A stretch of DNA of 27,373 nucleotides from a virus (lineage: Duplodnaviria; Caudoviricetes), in IMG/VR virus record IMGVR_UViG_3300043112_000325, positions 1-27,373 of that record. One strand, written 5' to 3'. A program made the translations under genes and the position numbers. This document shows, piece after piece, positions 25,584-27,373 of this stretch (positions within the stretch are counted from its first letter, which is position 1; every line of letters starts with the position of its first letter). The notes under the pieces were generated by a model. It was not told the origin of the DNA. It ran no database searches and saw nothing but the letters and a program-made list of their open reading frames with translations.

Positions 25584-25611
25584 TTGACAGAAATGTTGCC
25601 GCTCGGCAACA
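25584..25611 (+). promoter_or_regulatory. xis-int promoter with a second copy of the operator
   Basis: TTGACA (25584-25589), 5 nt, GTTGCC-N4-GGCAAC (25595-25610); -10 is weak. Confidence 0.65.
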
Positions 25612-25642
25612 AAAGCCCCTCGCATTTTTTGGGGGGGGGCAA

Positions 25643-25858
25643 ATGGAGCGTTGGTTAAAAATGGGAACAGCTTGCAAAAAGGCGAACGTCTGTCGAGATA
25701 CCATGAGACGATGGTGTGTCGATGGCTTGGTCGTTGCCAAGCAGGTCCCGGCCGGAAAACGGTTCGACTGGCGTATCCGAGAAGACTCCCTCCCCATCTA
25801 TTCCGAATCGGCCTTCGACGCGAAGGTGGCCTCTCTGATTCATACCGCTGGCCTTTGA
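25643..25858 (+). CDS. Excisionase/recombination directionality factor (MerR-like HTH, 71 aa)
   Basis: Restarted at ATG 25643; WLKMGTACKKANVCRDTMRRWCVDGLVVAKQV...WRI; immediately upstream of the integrase. Confidence 0.75.
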   Translation: MERWLKMGTACKKANVCRDTMRRWCVDGLVVAKQVPAGKRFDWRIREDSLPIYSESAFDAKVASLIHTAGL

Positions 25859-25865
25859 GGGCATC

Positions 25866-26903
25866 ATGGGCCTGAGCCGCAAACCGTTCAAGGTCTCCGG
25901 CAAGACGTCGTGGTTTTATAAGATCGACGGCCGCCGCTTATCCCTCAAGACCAAAAGCTACTCCGAAGCTCTCAAGCTGTTGGCCAGCATCCGCAAGGCG
26001 TACAACGAGGGGAAGCTCTCAAGAATCTCGGGGCATAGCTCCAAGACGCTCGGCGGCTTTCGGGATGAATATCTGGAATGGGCGTATGAAGTGCAGCCAG
26101 AAAAGACCTTCAAGGCAAACCGGCTGGCACTGAAGAAGGTGATCCAGATCGAAGGCAGCCACGTCCGGCTGGATCGACTGACCATGAAAACCATGGACGA
26201 GCTCAAGCGCGTCCACCGGCACCTGAAACCTTGCACGGTGAACAACTACCTGCGGCACGCAAAGGCGGTGCTGAACAAGGCCGTGGAGTGGGGCTATCTC
26301 CAGAAGAATCCTTTCAGAGGAGCCAAGGAGTTGCCCAAGGCAAAAGCTGCGGCGAACTACCTGACGCAAAAACAGCTCACAGGATTTCTGGCCAGCGTAG
26401 AGGACGTGGATCTGCGTCGGCTAATTGCGGCGTACTTGGCCACCGGGCGCCGCCGCGCGGAGTTGTTTCGGCTCCGCTGGGGAGATATCCGGTGGGACGA
26501 AAACCGCTATTTCGTGGCAAGAGAAAAGCGCCACCTCTGCCGCTTCTATCCCATGAGCTCGGCTTTCAAAGCGGTTCTGGAGTCCATGCCCAGAGAGCGA
26601 GGACGGATCTTTTCCAAGTGGTCGCACCCGGACACGTTCACCCACAAGGTCAAAGAGGCTTTGCGCGCAGCAGGCCTCGGCAACCTTCGTCTGCACGACC
26701 TGCGGCACTCTTTCGCCGTGGTCTACCTCGAAACCGGCGGGGACATGAAAAGCCTTCAGGCTCTCCTCGGCCACAGCGAGTTCCGCATGACAGCCGACAC
26801 CTATGCTCACGTAGCCGACGAAGAGCTCCACAAGGCCGTCAACCTGGTCAAGCTCGGCCCGGTGGATCTTCTTTTAAACAAAAAGAAGGCTCCCGAGAAC
26901 TAG
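25866..26903 (+). CDS. int: Tyrosine recombinase / phage integrase
   Basis: TGRRRAEL (R), LHDLRH (HxxR), LLGH and catalytic Y in ADTYAH. Confidence 0.95.
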   Translation: MGLSRKPFKVSGKTSWFYKIDGRRLSLKTKSYSEALKLLASIRKAYNEGKLSRISGHSSKTLGGFRDEYLEWAYEVQPEKTFKANRLALKKVIQIEGSHVRLDRLTMKTMDELKRVHRHLKPCTVNNYLRHAKAVLNKAVEWGYLQKNPFRGAKELPKAKAAANYLTQKQLTGFLASVEDVDLRRLIAAYLATGRRRAELFRLRWGDIRWDENRYFVAREKRHLCRFYPMSSAFKAVLESMPRERGRIFSKWSHPDTFTHKVKEALRAAGLGNLRLHDLRHSFAVVYLETGGDMKSLQALLGHSEFRMTADTYAHVADEELHKAVNLVKLGPVDLLLNKKKAPEN

Positions 26904-26925
26904 GTGCTCTGAAGCCTTGATTGCT

Positions 26926-27192
26926 TTAGCCTCGTGCCTCTCTTCCAGGCTCGTCTTCAGGAACCCGAAAACGCCAATACTTATCAGGCCGAACCCATAC
27001 TACTGTTGTATCTGTGGCTGCTTTAAACGCAGAGAGTAATGAGCGTGCAATCGCTAGGTTCCCATCTGCATTTTCTTTAAGCAAGTTATCCGCGTTAGCT
27101 CGAACTAAATAATCAACGACATCTTCCTGGTAAAGACATCCTTCGGCCTCTAATTGGTTGACCATCCAGTTTGCGGCATCTTTAGTCTTCAT
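26926..27192 (-). CDS. Small hypothetical protein (resembles DUF6953 family)
   Basis: AANWM...GCLYQEDVV...NADGNLAI...VVWV..DKYWRFR pattern, family recalled from memory; AT-rich; overlaps the upstream gene by 11 nt. Confidence 0.6.
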   Translation of the reverse strand: MKTKDAANWMVNQLEAEGCLYQEDVVDYLVRANADNLLKENADGNLAIARSLLSAFKAATDTTVVWVRPDKYWRFRVPEDEPGREARG

Positions 27193-27373
27193 CTTTTTGC
27201 CTAGCTAGTTCGAGAGAATTTTCTGGAAATCCACCTTGTTCCAGTTTTTTTCCTGCGAACCACTGGCATATATAAGATTTGCTATAACCGCCTGGAATGG
27301 AATTAACGGTCATCTCTGGGCCACCTGACTTAAGTGTAACAATGTCACCCACTGAATACTTTGGTTCTGCCAT
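27182..27373 (-). CDS. YodC/DUF2158 family small protein
   Basis: VGDIVTLKSGGPEMTV...CQWF...FPENSL signature. Confidence 0.85.
   Translation of the reverse strand: MAEPKYSVGDIVTLKSGGPEMTVNSIPGGYSKSYICQWFAGKKLEQGGFPENSLELARQKDED

Larger units (their letters stand above)
1..26903. mobile_element. P2/HP1-like temperate prophage (left part truncated, att sites not located)
   Basis: Gene order is tail/baseplate, lysis, tube/sheath, L-M-N-O divergent from P-Q, ogr, cargo, replication, CII-Cro-CI, xis, int. This matches P2/HP1/K139-type synteny. Confidence 0.95.

Overview
Nearly the whole window is one P2/HP1-like (Peduoviridae-type, contractile-tailed) temperate prophage of a GC-rich diderm bacterium; it is truncated in the tail region at the left edge. 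Minus strand 1-13978: a repeat-containing tail-associated ORF that the ORF track missed, tail fibre, baseplate, tape measure, tail chaperone with a GGGAAAG -1 frameshift site, lysis cassette with TraR, tube, sheath, completion proteins, small terminase, capsid and scaffold. Plus strand 14129-17163: large terminase, portal and Ogr-like activator. An accessory hotspot follows (17164-20040): a structured leader upstream of a Dam-like methyltransferase, a frameshifted AT-rich membrane-protein gene, a lipoprotein and a 59-aa ORF. Next come an iteron-rich candidate origin, a TOPRIM primase-helicase in place of P2 gpA, a CII/Cro/CI switch with two identical operator-promoter units, xis, a tyrosine integrase, and an AT-rich two-gene cassette. 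Family calls come from motif recognition and synteny; no database searches were run.
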